Positions 1 through 10,305 of a DNA stretch of 64,000 nt are shown piece by piece. The notes beneath the pieces are model-generated. The model saw only the letters and a list, made by a program, of their open reading frames with translations. It had not been told where the DNA came from and did no database searches. Origin of the DNA: Candidatus Oscillibacter pullicola (lineage in GTDB: Bacteria; Bacillota; Clostridia; Oscillospirales; Oscillospiraceae); NCBI GenBank assembly GCA_019118935.1, contig DWXY01000023.1, forward strand, positions 11,356 through 75,355. The letters run 5' to 3'. Both the position numbers and the translations under genes were made by a program. The stretch's first letter is position 1. Each line of letters starts with the position of its first letter.

Positions 1-21
1 TCAGCGGCTTCTTTGGCTCGC

Positions 22-702
22 TCATTGTCCCGCCCCCTTCCGGATGATGTCCAGCAGCGCCGCCTCGCTCTGGGCGAAGTCCAGGTCCGTGGTGTCCAGC
101 AGCACCGCGTCCTCCGCCTGCCGCAGGGGCGCGGCGGAGCGGTGGGTGTCGTTCCAGTCCCGCTCCTGGATGGAGCGGAGGATGGCCTCATAGGGCTCCG
201 GAGTCCCCCGCTGCTCCAGCTCCAGCATCCGCCGCCGGGCCCGCTCCTCGGCGGAGGCGGTGAGGAACACCTTCACCTCCGCGTCCGGCAGCACCACGGT
301 GCCGATGTCCCGGCCGTCCATGATGACGCTGTGCTCCCGGGCCAGCTGGCGCTGCATCTCCAGCAGATACGCCCGGACCTCCGGATAGGCGGAGACCAGG
401 GAGGCGTACCGGGACACCTCCGGCAGCCGGATCTCCTCCGTCACGTCCTCCCCGTCCAGCGCCATGTGCTGGAGGCCGTCCTCCCCGTAGGTCAGCCGGA
501 TGGAGAGGGACGGCAGCATGGCCACCACGGCGGCCTGGTCCCCCGGGTCGATGCCCCGCCGCCGGGCGGCGCAGCCGATGGTGCGGTAGATGGCCCCGGT
601 GTCCACATACAAATAGCCCAGCCGGGCGGCCGCGCTCCGGGCCAGGGTGCTCTTCCCCGCGCCGGAGGGACCGTCAATAGCAACGCGAATGGTCTTGTTC
701 AT
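22..702 (-). CDS. cmk: Cytidylate kinase
   Basis: N-terminal AIDGPSGAGKST P-loop, YVDTGAIYR and MDGRDIGTVV motifs typical of Cmk. Confidence 0.95.
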   Translation of the reverse strand: MNKTIRVAIDGPSGAGKSTLARSAAARLGYLYVDTGAIYRTIGCAARRRGIDPGDQAAVVAMLPSLSIRLTYGEDGLQHMALDGEDVTEEIRLPEVSRYASLVSAYPEVRAYLLEMQRQLAREHSVIMDGRDIGTVVLPDAEVKVFLTASAEERARRRMLELEQRGTPEPYEAILRSIQERDWNDTHRSAAPLRQAEDAVLLDTTDLDFAQSEAALLDIIRKGAGQ

Positions 703-1952
703 CTGTCCTCTTCCCTTTGTTCCGATGGGGCGTCCGCCGCGGCCATCCCCGCCGCCCGGCCGGTGGCCCAGGCGATCTGGAGGTTGAAGCCGCCGGTGTA
801 GGCGTCCACATCGATGATTTCTCCTGCAAAGTACAATCCCTTTACAAGTTTTGATTCCATGGTCTTTGGGTCGATCTCTCCCACCTTGACACCGCCGGAG
901 GTCACAATGGCGTCCGTCACCGGGCAGGGCCCCGCGATGTCCACGGAGAAGTGCTTGAGCACCTGGCCCAGCCGGTGCCGCTGCTCCCGGGTCAGGTCGT
1001 GGACCTTCTCATGGGGCGGGATCTCCGTCCGCTCCACCACCGCCGGAATCAGCTTCTGGGGCAGCAGGTCGTCCAGGGCGTTGCGGAAGTCGTGGTTGGC
1101 GTACTTCTCAAAGTCCCGCAGCAGCCGCTTGTCCAGGGCCTGGTCGTCCAGGGCGGGCTTCAGGTCGATCTCCAGCCGGTAGGTCTTCTTGTCGAAGTGC
1201 CGCATGTGGGCGGAGGCGGACAGGATCACCGGCCCGCTGAGGCCGAAGTGGGTGAACAGCAGCTCCCCGAAGTCCGTGTAGATCTTCTTTCGGTTCTCAA
1301 ACACCGTCAGTCCGATGTTCCGCAGGCTCAGGCCCTGGAGGGTCCTTCCCAGGCCGTAGTCCCGCAGGGGCACCAGGGAGCCCTGGAGGGGCGTCACCGT
1401 GTGTCCCGCCTCCCGGGCCAGCCGATGGCCCTCTCCTGTGGAGCCGGTGGCGGGGTAGCTGACGCCGCCGGTGGCCAGAACCACCGCCCCGGCGGGGTAT
1501 GTCCCCCGCTCCCCCAGGACACCTGTGACGGCGCCGGAGGCGATCTCCAGCTCCACAGCCCGGTCCCGGACCAGCCGCACCCGCAGGGCCTTCAGCCGCC
1601 GCTCCAGGGCGGCGCTGACGTCAAAGGCCCGGTCGCTGACGGGAAACACCCGGTTCCCCCGCTCGGTCTTCAGCGGCACGCCGATGGACGCAAAAAACGC
1701 CATGGCGTCCCGGCCGTCGAACCGGGAAAAGGCGCTGTACAAAAACTTGCCGTTCCGGGGCACGTTGGCCAGCAGGGTCTGCACATCGGCGTTGTTGGTG
1801 ACGTTGCACCGGCCCTTGCCGGTGATGTTCAGTTTTTTGCCCAGCCGCTCATTGGGCTCCAGCAGCGTCACGGAGGCCCCCCGCTCCGCCGCCGCGACGG
1901 CGGCCATCATGCCGGCGGCGCCGCCGCCCACCACCACGATCCGCTCACTCAT
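699..1952 (-). CDS. NAD(P)/FAD-dependent oxidoreductase, HI0933/BaiN family
   Basis: VVVGGGAAGMMAA Rossmann motif, GKKLNITGKGRCNVTN, TGGFNLQIAWATG; start taken at MSER (1952), overlapping the upstream stop. Confidence 0.9.
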   Translation of the reverse strand: MSERIVVVGGGAAGMMAAVAAAERGASVTLLEPNERLGKKLNITGKGRCNVTNNADVQTLLANVPRNGKFLYSAFSRFDGRDAMAFFASIGVPLKTERGNRVFPVSDRAFDVSAALERRLKALRVRLVRDRAVELEIASGAVTGVLGERGTYPAGAVVLATGGVSYPATGSTGEGHRLAREAGHTVTPLQGSLVPLRDYGLGRTLQGLSLRNIGLTVFENRKKIYTDFGELLFTHFGLSGPVILSASAHMRHFDKKTYRLEIDLKPALDDQALDKRLLRDFEKYANHDFRNALDDLLPQKLIPAVVERTEIPPHEKVHDLTREQRHRLGQVLKHFSVDIAGPCPVTDAIVTSGGVKVGEIDPKTMESKLVKGLYFAGEIIDVDAYTGGFNLQIAWATGRAAGMAAADAPSEQREEDR

Positions 1953-2811
1953 CGTCCATCTTCCCAAACACGCCGTACTTGTTCCAGATGTCCTCCAGGT
2001 CCGCGAAGGTGCGGGACACGTCCGTGCCCATCCGGCGCCCCACCGCGATCAGCAGGGCGTTGATAAGGGACAGCGGCGCCACCATGGAGTCCACAAAGGA
2101 GATCATCTCGCTGGGGGCCAGCAGGGCCGCCTCCGCCATCTGGTAGACCGGGGACAGCTCGTTGTCCGTGATGGCCACGATGGTGGCCCCCCGGTCCTGG
2201 GCGAACTGGACGGTGTTCATGGTGACCTTGGAGTACCGGGGGAAGCTGATGGCCACCATCACATCCCCGGGGCCGATCCGCAGCAGCTGCTCGAAGATCT
2301 CTCCGGCGGCGTTGGACTGCACCAGCGTCACGTTCTCCGACAGCAGGTGGAGATAGAAGTTCAGATACCCCGCCACAAAAGAGGAGGTCCGGACCCCCAG
2401 GATGTACAGATGCCGGGCACCCAGGATCAGGTCCACCACCTTGCTGAACTCCGCCCGGTCCGCCTCTTCCGCCACCATCCGCAGCTTGTCCATGTCGGAC
2501 TGGATCACAGCGGACAGCACGTCCTGTCCGCCGAACAGGTTGTCCGCCGCCTGGATGCGCTGGGTGGAGGTCAGGCGGCTGCGGATCATCTCCTGCAGCG
2601 CCCGCTGCATGCTGGGATAGCCGTCGTACCCCAGCTCCGAAGCGAACCGCACCACTGTGGACTCGCTGACGCCGGAGAGCTTCCCCAGCTTACTGGCAGT
2701 CATGAAGGCGGCCTTGTCGTAATTCTGCAGGATGTAGTCGGCGATCCGCTTCTGTCCCTTGGAAAAGGTGGACATGTTGCGTTCGATGGTATGTAGGATG
2801 CTCTTAGCCAC
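1945..2811 (-). CDS. MurR/RpiR family transcriptional regulator (HTH + SIS)
   Basis: FSKGQKRIADYIL...VSESTVVRFASELGYDGY HTH and a C-terminal SIS domain (ISFPRYS, AITD). Confidence 0.92.
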   Translation of the reverse strand: MAKSILHTIERNMSTFSKGQKRIADYILQNYDKAAFMTASKLGKLSGVSESTVVRFASELGYDGYPSMQRALQEMIRSRLTSTQRIQAADNLFGGQDVLSAVIQSDMDKLRMVAEEADRAEFSKVVDLILGARHLYILGVRTSSFVAGYLNFYLHLLSENVTLVQSNAAGEIFEQLLRIGPGDVMVAISFPRYSKVTMNTVQFAQDRGATIVAITDNELSPVYQMAEAALLAPSEMISFVDSMVAPLSLINALLIAVGRRMGTDVSRTFADLEDIWNKYGVFGKMDDE

Positions 2812-2964
2812 TGCTGTTTCCTCCGTCGGCCGCCCGCAGGGGGCCGTTCTTGATCTTGTCCGGCAGCTCCGCTGGCCCGCCGGACGTTCCGCGGTCTATT
2901 GTAGCACAGTTTTTTCAAAATTCAAACCGCTTTGCGGGATTTTTCCGTCTCCCTGCCGGAATGG

Positions 2965-2996
2965 AAAAGGCGCCGCCCCATCCAGGGCGGCGCCTT
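2965..2996 (-). terminator. Intrinsic terminator after rluB
   Basis: AAGGCGCCGCCC / GGGCGGCGCCTT stem followed by a T-run on the minus strand. Confidence 0.65.
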
Positions 2997-3007
2997 CCGC
3001 TTCCCAG

Positions 3008-3718
3008 TCAGGGGGCGGCTCCCAGTGCCCCCGCCTCGTCCTGTGTCAAATACCGCCACTTTCCCGGCGGCAGGTCGCCCAGCTCCAGGGCTCCCTCCCG
3101 AACCCGGCGCAGCCGCTTCACCGTCAGGCCGCACTGGGCGCACATCCGGCGGACCTGCCGGTTCTTCCCCTCGTGGATGGTCACTGCCAGCACCGCCGTT
3201 CCGGGCGTCTCCCGCAGCACCTCCACCCGGGCGGGGCGGATGGGCTCCCCCTCCAGGTCTGTGACGGCCGCCAGCCGGGCCGCCGCACCGGCCACCGGTC
3301 CGAACACGGAGACGTGATACGTCTTTTCCACCTCGTGCTTCGGGTGCAGCAGGTGCTGGGCCCAGGCACCGTCGTTGGTCAGCAGCAGCAGGCCCTCGGA
3401 ATCCAGGTCCAGCCGTCCCACGGGATAGACCCGGGTCCCGCAGTCCGCCACCAGCTCCGCCACTGTCTTCCGCCCCCGCTCGTCCGAGAGGGTGGAGACA
3501 TAGCCCCGGGGCTTGTTCAGCAGGATGTACACGGCCTCCGCCCGGGGCGCCAGGGGACGGCCGTCCACCAGGATCTCGTCCCGGTCCGGGTCCGCACGCT
3601 GGCCCAGCCGGGCGGTCTGGCCGTTCACCGTCACCCTTCCGGCGGTGAGATATGTCTCTGCCGTCCGCCGGGAGCACACCCCCGCGGCGGACAGCAGCTT
3701 CTGCAGTCGTTCTTCCAT
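3008..3718 (-). CDS. rluB: 23S rRNA pseudouridine synthase (RluB/RsuA family)
   Basis: S4 domain ERLQKLLSAAGVCSRR, LLNKPRGY, catalytic VGRLDLDSEGLLLLTNDG, EGKNRQVRRM. Confidence 0.9.
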   Translation of the reverse strand: MEERLQKLLSAAGVCSRRTAETYLTAGRVTVNGQTARLGQRADPDRDEILVDGRPLAPRAEAVYILLNKPRGYVSTLSDERGRKTVAELVADCGTRVYPVGRLDLDSEGLLLLTNDGAWAQHLLHPKHEVEKTYHVSVFGPVAGAAARLAAVTDLEGEPIRPARVEVLRETPGTAVLAVTIHEGKNRQVRRMCAQCGLTVKRLRRVREGALELGDLPPGKWRYLTQDEAGALGAAP

Positions 3719-3730
3719 GTTGTCCTCTCT

Positions 3731-4831
3731 CTATCCCGGCAGCCCCTGCTTCAGGATGCTCAGGGCGCTCTCCATCCGGGGCGCCACGTCGGCGCCGTAC
3801 AGCAGCGCCACCCGGCCCACCTCCCGGCCATTGACCGAGAACACCGCCTCCCCGGCCCGCCGGCCAGCCCGGATGGGGGCCCGCAGAGGCCCGTCCAGCT
3901 CCACGTCCATCTCCAGGGACTCCCCCTCCGCCAGCGGCCAGGCGAAGCTGTCCGCCGCCACCAGGGGCACCGCGGCGCTCATGCCGTTTTCCACCTGGGC
4001 CCGCTGGATCGTCTGGCCCAGAGAGGCTCCCAGCTTGGCGGGATAGGTGGAAAAGCCGTAGTCATACAGGGCCGCGTGGTCCGCCCAGTCGTTGCCGTCC
4101 TGGAGGGTCACCGCCACCAGCCGCTGACCCGCCCGCTCCACACAGCTCACCAGCGTCCGGCCTGCCGCCATGGTATAGCCGGTCTTCAGGCCGATGCACC
4201 CCTCCACCTGGTTCAGCAGCTTGTTGTGGTTGGTCATGGTCCGCCCGCCGATGGTGACGCTGCGGGTGGAGGCCATCCGCACCAGGGTCTCATTCTCCAC
4301 CGCCGCGCAGGCAAGGCGCGCCATGTCCCGGGCCGTGGAGTAATGGTCCTCATGGTCCAGCCCGTTGGGGTTGGCGAAGGAAGAGTGCTCCATGCCGATC
4401 TCCCGGGCCGTTGCATTCATCAGCTTTGCAAAGTCCTCCTGGCTGCCGCTGATGTGCTCGGCAATGGCCACGGCCGCATCGTTGCCGGAGCAGAGCAGCA
4501 ATCCGTACAGCAGTGTCTCCAGCGTCAGCTTCTCCCCCACCTTCAAATACATAGAGGAGCCCTCCGTATACGCCGCCTCCCGGGAGACGGTGACCACATC
4601 GTTCAGGTCCCCCTCCCGGATAGCCACCAGGGCCGTCAGGATCTTGGTGGTGCTGGCAATCAGCATTTTCGCGTCGGCGTTCTGCTCATACAGCACCCGG
4701 CCGCTGTCCACGTCCATCAAAATGGCGGAGGAGGCAGACGTACTGACCGCGTGTGCCTGACAAGGGAAAAAGCTAGACAGGGCCGCCAGAGCGATCCCCA
4801 AAGCGGCAAGCCGCCGGAGCAGGGTTTGCAA
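3731..4831 (-). CDS. dacB: D-alanyl-D-alanine carboxypeptidase (PBP5*/DacB-like)
   Basis: Signal peptide, SxxK (ASTTK), SGN and KTG motifs; adjacent to ytfJ/scpAB as in spore-forming Firmicutes; TTG start with GAGGTG RBS. Confidence 0.85.
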   Translation of the reverse strand: MQTLLRRLAALGIALAALSSFFPCQAHAVSTSASSAILMDVDSGRVLYEQNADAKMLIASTTKILTALVAIREGDLNDVVTVSREAAYTEGSSMYLKVGEKLTLETLLYGLLLCSGNDAAVAIAEHISGSQEDFAKLMNATAREIGMEHSSFANPNGLDHEDHYSTARDMARLACAAVENETLVRMASTRSVTIGGRTMTNHNKLLNQVEGCIGLKTGYTMAAGRTLVSCVERAGQRLVAVTLQDGNDWADHAALYDYGFSTYPAKLGASLGQTIQRAQVENGMSAAVPLVAADSFAWPLAEGESLEMDVELDGPLRAPIRAGRRAGEAVFSVNGREVGRVALLYGADVAPRMESALSILKQGLPG

Positions 4832-4873
4832 ATGCCATCACCTCATTTGTTTGGTGATGGTAGTATACCCCGT

Positions 4874-5281
4874 TCAGACGGGTTCTTTTTCTTCCTTCTT
4901 GTCGAAATATTTTTCCACTTTGTCCACCAGATCCGGCATCATCTCCACCACCCGGTCCAGCGTGGTCATGGGCGGCATCGCCACCGGCAGCACCCGGGTC
5001 GTTCCCTCCCGGATCACCAGGAACGCCACAGGCTCGATCTTCACACCTGCGCCGCTGCCGCCGCCGAAGTCCTTGGGCTGAACTTTGCCGTAGTCGGCGC
5101 CGCCGCAGCCGAAGCCCATGCTGACCCGGGAAATGGGGATCAGAGTCACGCCGTCGGGCGTGGTGATGGGCTGGCCCACGATGGTGTTGGTGTCCGCCAT
5201 CTCCCGGATCTTGTCCATCGTGGAGCGCATCAAATCGCTGAGGGGTCTCTTCTTGTCCATTGTCTCGTCCATGGATGCCAT
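4874..5281 (-). CDS. ytfJ: GerW/YtfJ family sporulation protein
   Basis: DTNTIVGQPI, LIPISRVSMGFGCGG, FGGGSGAGVKIEPVAFLV. Confidence 0.88.
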   Translation of the reverse strand: MASMDETMDKKRPLSDLMRSTMDKIREMADTNTIVGQPITTPDGVTLIPISRVSMGFGCGGADYGKVQPKDFGGGSGAGVKIEPVAFLVIREGTTRVLPVAMPPMTTLDRVVEMMPDLVDKVEKYFDKKEEKEPV

Positions 5282-5290
5282 CCTTTCTCG

Positions 5291-5971
5291 TCACGCGGCG
5301 GGGTGTTCCGCCGCCTTGTTGTCTGCTGCCTTGGATGCGGGCGGCGTCCGCCGCCGCTTCATGAACCGCCGGAGCCAGCCGATGGCCGGGACCGCCAGCT
5401 GCGTCCCTACGGCGATCAGCGTCCCCAGCCGGATGGAGATGCCCAGCTCTCCCTCCGCCCGGGTCTCCTGCGCGTCAAAATCAATTCCGAGGTGAATCCC
5501 GGGATCCCGGATCACCACCAGCTGCTCCAGAGCCGGCATCCCGGTCCAGACCAGGGCGTGGAGTCCGCCGTACAGCTCCGCGGCCGCCGCCGGGTCCTCC
5601 GCCCCGCCCAGGGTGACGGACAGGCGCAGCGGGTCCACGCGGATGCTCCGCCGGGTGCGGCGCAGGGCCTTTTGGGCGGCGGGCCACAGCGTCCTTGCGG
5701 CGTCCTGAAGATCTTCCAGTTTGGGCTTCGGGATTTTTTTCACCGCCTCTGCCAGGTCCTTCGGCTCCTTTTTAGGCTTTCCCGTTTTTTTGGTTTCCTG
5801 CGGCGTTTTTTTGGTCTCTTTGGACGGTGCCAGCCGGACCCGGAAGAGGCCGATCGTCAGATCCGCCGCGGCCTGCTCCCCTCCGAAGGACACATACAGC
5901 CCCAGCCGCAGCCGCCATAAGAAAATCGCAAGAGCCAGCAGCACCGCCAGCGTGATCCAAAGTCCCAGCAA
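5291..5971 (-). CDS. DUF2953 (YtfI-like) membrane-anchored protein
   Basis: N-terminal TM, DPAAAAELYG motif, position directly upstream of ytfJ. Confidence 0.7.
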   Translation of the reverse strand: MLGLWITLAVLLALAIFLWRLRLGLYVSFGGEQAAADLTIGLFRVRLAPSKETKKTPQETKKTGKPKKEPKDLAEAVKKIPKPKLEDLQDAARTLWPAAQKALRRTRRSIRVDPLRLSVTLGGAEDPAAAAELYGGLHALVWTGMPALEQLVVIRDPGIHLGIDFDAQETRAEGELGISIRLGTLIAVGTQLAVPAIGWLRRFMKRRRTPPASKAADNKAAEHPAA

Positions 5972-6009
5972 CGTCCATCACCTCCTGACCGCTCCGCCGG
6001 AGCGGATTC

Positions 6010-6663
6010 TCAAGGCGCCTCTTCCTCCATGGCGCCGGCCGTCTCCGGCGTGTCGGCTCCGGTGATCTCTGCCGTGTCCGCCGGGTCCACGATCTGTCCG
6101 TCCTCGCCGATCCGCATCTGCCCCTCGCCGCCAAGGTCCGGCAGCTCCGGCAGGTCATCCAGGCTGGTCAGATGGAAGGCCCGGAGAAACTGTTTGGTGG
6201 TCCGGTACAGGCGGGGCCTTCCGGGCACCTGCAGGCGGCCGCACTCCTCGATCAGTTTCCGGTCCAGCAGCAGGCCGATGGTGTAGGCGCTGTCCACCCC
6301 CCGGATCTGATCCACATAGGCCCGGGTGGTGGGCTGGTAGTAGGCAATGATGGTCAGCACCTCCAGCGCCGGCTGGCTGAGCTTGGCAGGCTTGCGGATC
6401 TCAAAAGCCTTCCGGATCACATCCGCATAGTCCGGCGCGGAACACAGCTGCCAGGTGTCCTCCATGTGCAGCAGGCGGATGCCCCGGCGCTCGTAGGCGT
6501 AATAGTCCATCAGCTTCTGGAGCACCTGCTCCACCGTGGGGCGGTCCATCTCCAGGGCCACGCAGATCCGGTCGGTCTGCACCGGCTCCCCGGAGGCAAA
6601 CAGGATGCCCTCCACCGCCGATTCGATCTCTTTCATCTCCATCTTGGAATGGTCCTCTCTCAC
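6010..6663 (-). CDS. scpB: SMC-Scp complex subunit ScpB
   Basis: LSQPALEVLTIIAYYQPTTRAYVDQIRGV, GRPRLYRTTKQFL. Confidence 0.95.
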   Translation of the reverse strand: MREDHSKMEMKEIESAVEGILFASGEPVQTDRICVALEMDRPTVEQVLQKLMDYYAYERRGIRLLHMEDTWQLCSAPDYADVIRKAFEIRKPAKLSQPALEVLTIIAYYQPTTRAYVDQIRGVDSAYTIGLLLDRKLIEECGRLQVPGRPRLYRTTKQFLRAFHLTSLDDLPELPDLGGEGQMRIGEDGQIVDPADTAEITGADTPETAGAMEEEAP

Positions 6664-7445
6664 AGTTTCAGATCCTGGGGCAGCTCCCGCTCCTGCCGGA
6701 CAGTGCAGTCCGTCTCACTCCCCGCCAGATGCAGGATGCGGGCCCGGCACAGCTCCAGCACCGCCAGGAAGGTGGCCACCACCTCGCTGCGGCTGCGGCT
6801 GCCCCGGAACAGCAGCAAAAACCGGGTGACGCCGTGGGTCTTCAGCCGCTGCAGAATCTCCCGGGCCTTGCTCTCCACGGGATAGGGCTCGTGCTGGACG
6901 ATGTCCTGGAAGGCGGACCGGGGCGGCGGCAGGGAGCGCTCCGCCCGGCTCTGGATCTCGGCCATGGCCAGGACCAGGTCCGCCGGTGTCTGGTCGTACT
7001 CGTAGATCTTCCCCCGCTTCACCGGCTCCGGCGGGCGGGTGAGGATGTTCCGGCCGAACTCCCCCATGGGCTCCAGCCGGGCGGCCATGGATTTCACCCT
7101 GGCGTAATTCTCGTTGCGCTTCCGCTCCTCCAGAGAGGCGATCAGGGCGTCCATCTCGCTCTGGGCCTCCTCATCTTCAATGGAGAGGAGCATCCGGGTC
7201 TTGATGTACACCAGTTGGGAGGCCATGGTGACGAACTCGCTGGCCACCTCCAGGTCCATCTCCTGCCGCCGGGCCAGCCACGCCATGTACTGGTCGCAGA
7301 TCAGGGAGATGGAGATGTCCTGGATCTCCATTTTGTTCTTGCCCAGCAGATATAGGATCAGGTCCAGAGGGCCCTCAAAGTCCTGCATCTCCTCCTCGGA
7401 TTTGCTGCGGACCACCTTTTCCAGCTTGAATACGGGGTTTTGCAA
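6660..7445 (-). CDS. scpA: Segregation/condensation protein ScpA
   Basis: FEGPLDLILYLL, EFVTMASQLVYIKTRMLL, VVATFLAVLEL; TTG start at 7445 follows a GAGGTG RBS. Confidence 0.93.
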   Translation of the reverse strand: MQNPVFKLEKVVRSKSEEEMQDFEGPLDLILYLLGKNKMEIQDISISLICDQYMAWLARRQEMDLEVASEFVTMASQLVYIKTRMLLSIEDEEAQSEMDALIASLEERKRNENYARVKSMAARLEPMGEFGRNILTRPPEPVKRGKIYEYDQTPADLVLAMAEIQSRAERSLPPPRSAFQDIVQHEPYPVESKAREILQRLKTHGVTRFLLLFRGSRSRSEVVATFLAVLELCRARILHLAGSETDCTVRQERELPQDLKL

Positions 7446-7455
7446 ACCGTTCACC

Positions 7456-8118
7456 TCAACCAAAGATCAGGGACAACAGGGCGCTGTATATGCCCAGGAT
7501 GCCCCGGGAGATCAAACTGCTGCCGATGCCCACAAAGGACAATACCAACAGCACGACAATGCCGTACCGCTCATACCGCATCAGCGTGATGTACTGCCGG
7601 TCCGGCAGAAACGCCGCCAGCACCTTGGACCCGTCCAGCGGCGGGATGGGGATCAAATTGAACAGCCCCAGGCCGATGGACAGAGGCGCCAGCGTGTACA
7701 GGCAGAAGCTGAACACCACGTCCATCGCCACGGAATAAGGTGCGTAAAGGTAAATCACCTTACTGATCAGCATTGCCAAAACCGCCAGCACAAAGTTGGA
7801 GGCGGGCCCCGCCAGGGCGGTCAATGCCATGCCCTGCTTAGGCTTTCGGAAATACCGGGGATCCACCGGCACCGGCTTGGCCCAGCCGAACCCTGCCACA
7901 AACATCATCAGCAGGCCGATCCAGTCGATGTGCCGCAGGGGATTCAAACTCAGACGGTGCATGGATTTGGCCGTGGGGTCCCCAAGAGCCAGGGCCGCCA
8001 GGCCGTGGCAGGTCTCGTGGACCGTCAGGCAGAGAAAAATCGCGGCCACCCGCAGCACCGCGTCCAGCAGTGAAGTCAGGTCCAGCGCGGAAAGCAATCC
8101 CTGTAAATAGTGCAGCAT
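7456..8118 (-). CDS. Site-2 protease family (M50) membrane metalloprotease
   Basis: HExxH (VHETCHG), GWAKPVP, ALAGPASN and FNLIPIPPLDGSK motifs. Confidence 0.9.
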   Translation of the reverse strand: MLHYLQGLLSALDLTSLLDAVLRVAAIFLCLTVHETCHGLAALALGDPTAKSMHRLSLNPLRHIDWIGLLMMFVAGFGWAKPVPVDPRYFRKPKQGMALTALAGPASNFVLAVLAMLISKVIYLYAPYSVAMDVVFSFCLYTLAPLSIGLGLFNLIPIPPLDGSKVLAAFLPDRQYITLMRYERYGIVVLLVLSFVGIGSSLISRGILGIYSALLSLIFG

Positions 8119-8220
8119 GTTCGTCTCCCTGTGATGATAACCCAAAAGATAGGAGTATTATACCAGTTTTCCCCCCGCAATACAAGGAAAATCACCGGAA
8201 TTCAAAGGGCTTTCGGGCGG

Positions 8221-8254
8221 AAACAAGCGGAGCGGGTGCTTTCGCACCCGCTCC
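8221..8254 (-). terminator. Intrinsic terminator of rpsB-tsf
   Basis: GGAGCGGGTGC-TTTC-GCACCCGCTCC perfect stem just after the tsf stop. Confidence 0.7.
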
Positions 8255-8274
8255 TGATTCAGCCGGCTTAATAA

Positions 8275-9192
8275 TCAGCCCTTCACCATGGAGGCGATCT
8301 CCTCAGCGAAGTTCTCCTGCTTCTTCTCGATGCCCTCGCCCTTCTCAAAGCGGATGGCGTCCTTGAAGGTCACCTTTCCGCCTGCGGCCTTGGCGGCGGA
8401 GGCGATATACTGCTCCACGCTCATGGAGTTGTCCTTCACGAACTCCTGCTGCAGCAGGCAGTTCTCGGAGTAGAACTTGTTCAGCTTGCCCATGACGATC
8501 TTCTCCCGCACGGCCTCGGGCTTGGAGGCCATCTTGGGATCGTTCTCCATCTGGACCATCATGATCTTCTTCTCCTCGTCCAGAACGTCCTGGCCCACCT
8601 GGGACTTGTCCCAGAAGCGGGGGTTCAGAGCGGCAATCTGCATGGCCACGTCCTTGCCGATCTCCTCCACCTTCTCGGCGGGCAGGTCGGACTCCAGGTT
8701 CACCAGCACGCCGATCTTGCCGCCGGCGTGCACATAGGGCACGGAGACGTTCTCGGCGAAGCGGGCGAAGCGGCGGATCTTGATGTTCTCGCCGATCACC
8801 AGCACCATCTCCTGCTGCTGCTGGGTGACGGTCAGGTCGGTGCCGGCGTACTTGCACTCCATCAGCGCATCCAGGTCAGCGGGAGCCTCCTTGGCCACAG
8901 TAGCGGCCACGCCCTTGACGAAGTCCACGAACTTCTCGTTCTTGCCCACGAAGTCGGTCTCGGCGTTGACCTCGACCACCACGCCCACGCCGTCGATAAC
9001 GGCGGCATAGGCCATGCCCTCGGCGGCAATGCGGCCGGCCTTCTTGGCGGAGGCGGCCATGCCCTTCTCGCGCAGCCACTCCACGGCCTTGTCCATATCG
9101 CCGTCGGAGGCGGTCAGCGCCTTCTTGCAATCCATCATGCCCACGCCGGTCATCTCGCGCAGGTTCTTTACATCAGCTGCGGTAAAAGCCAT
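8275..9192 (-). CDS. tsf: Elongation factor Ts
   Basis: VKNLREMTGVGMMDCKKAL, EVNAETDFV; GGAGG RBS before MAFT. Confidence 0.97.
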   Translation of the reverse strand: MAFTAADVKNLREMTGVGMMDCKKALTASDGDMDKAVEWLREKGMAASAKKAGRIAAEGMAYAAVIDGVGVVVEVNAETDFVGKNEKFVDFVKGVAATVAKEAPADLDALMECKYAGTDLTVTQQQQEMVLVIGENIKIRRFARFAENVSVPYVHAGGKIGVLVNLESDLPAEKVEEIGKDVAMQIAALNPRFWDKSQVGQDVLDEEKKIMMVQMENDPKMASKPEAVREKIVMGKLNKFYSENCLLQQEFVKDNSMSVEQYIASAAKAAGGKVTFKDAIRFEKGEGIEKKQENFAEEIASMVKG

Positions 9193-9243
9193 TTTGAATT
9201 CCTCCAAACAGTTTTGGTATATACGCGCAAATGCGGGCGCAGA

Positions 9244-9984
9244 TTACTCGGCGTCGGCAGCAGCCTCTTCAGCGGCGGCCTCAGCGGTCTGCTCACCCTG
9301 CTTGCCCTCCAGCACGGCGTTGGCCATGATGGAAGAGATCAGCTTGATGGCGCGGATGGCGTCGTCGTTGCCGGGGATCACGTAGTCGATCTCATCGGGG
9401 TCGCAGTTGGTATCGGCGATGGCCACCACGGGGATGCCCAGCTTGTGGGCCTCGGCGATGGCGTTGCGCTCCTTGCGGGTGTCCACGATGAACAGGGCGC
9501 CGGGCAGCTTCTTCATTTCCTTCACGCCGCCCAGGTACTTCTCCAGCTTGGCGATCTCGCCCAGGTGCTTCATGACTTCCTTCTTGGGCAGCATGTCGAA
9601 GGTGCCGTCCTCCTGCATGGTCTTCAGCTGGTTCAGCCGGTCCACGCGGGTGCGCATGGTCTTGAAGTTGGTCATCATGCCGCCCAGCCACCGGGCATTC
9701 ACATAGAACTGGCCGCAGCGGGTGGCCTCCTCGCGGATGGCCTCCTGCGCCTGCTTCTTGGTGCCCACGAACAGCAGGGACTGGCCGCTCTCAGACAGCT
9801 GACGGACGAAGTTATAGGCCTCCTCCAGCTTGCGGACGGTCTTCTGCAGGTCCACGATATAGATGCCGTTGCGCTCCGTGTAGATGTAGGGAGCCATCTT
9901 GGGGTTCCAACGGCGGGTCTGGTGACCGAAGTGGACGCCCGCCTCCAGCAGGGCCTTCATGGATACGACGCTAGAATTTGCCAT
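9244..9984 (-). CDS. rpsB: 30S ribosomal protein S2
   Basis: [30 protein letters not shown]; true start is MANSS at 9984 (the 969-aa ORF is an in-frame upstream extension). Confidence 0.97.
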   Translation of the reverse strand: MANSSVVSMKALLEAGVHFGHQTRRWNPKMAPYIYTERNGIYIVDLQKTVRKLEEAYNFVRQLSESGQSLLFVGTKKQAQEAIREEATRCGQFYVNARWLGGMMTNFKTMRTRVDRLNQLKTMQEDGTFDMLPKKEVMKHLGEIAKLEKYLGGVKEMKKLPGALFIVDTRKERNAIAEAHKLGIPVVAIADTNCDPDEIDYVIPGNDDAIRAIKLISSIMANAVLEGKQGEQTAEAAAEEAAADAE

Positions 9985-9994
9985 AGTTGTGTGT

Positions 9995-10100
9995 TCCTCC
10001 AATTTCAATTTAGTTGGTCCTCCGGCGGCTTCATCCCCCCTGCCAACCCGGCCGTTTTTGGCCCTGGGCACAGACAGAAAGTCGACGCGCCGTGCGGAAT
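9995..10100 (-). ncRNA. rpsB 5' leader (t44/S2 autogenous-control RNA-like)
   Basis: Minus-strand CACGGCGCGTCGAC...GTGCCC...GGGATG...GGAGG pattern resembles the conserved rpsB leader and lies between the promoter and rpsB; recognised by eye only. Confidence 0.55.
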
Positions 10101-10108
10101 GCTGAAAT

Positions 10109-10137
10109 ATAGTATCACAATCCGGTGTACAATGCAA
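10109..10137 (-). promoter_or_regulatory. sigma-A promoter of rpsB-tsf
   Basis: TTGCAT-N17-TACTAT with an extended TG. Confidence 0.7.
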
Positions 10138-10305
10138 GTATTTTTTCCCAAAAGCCGTGTAAAATTCCGGTATCTCTCTGAATTTGTTTGGTTTTTGCGG
10201 GCTGTCCCCCATTTGCTGTTGTGCCGCACTTGTCTGTCTGCTATAATGACCATAATCCGTTTTCCAGTTCATATTAAGATACGGCAGATCAGAAAGGAGC
10301 AATGG

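Noticed and set aside
2759-5920. 1053-aa plus-strand ORF (likewise 8728-10305, 21436-23781, 28127-30907, 43837-47427, 55553-58009, 57486-60944)
   Set aside because: Antisense shadows of well-supported minus-strand genes; expected with high GC3 codon bias, and no RBS or recognisable domains
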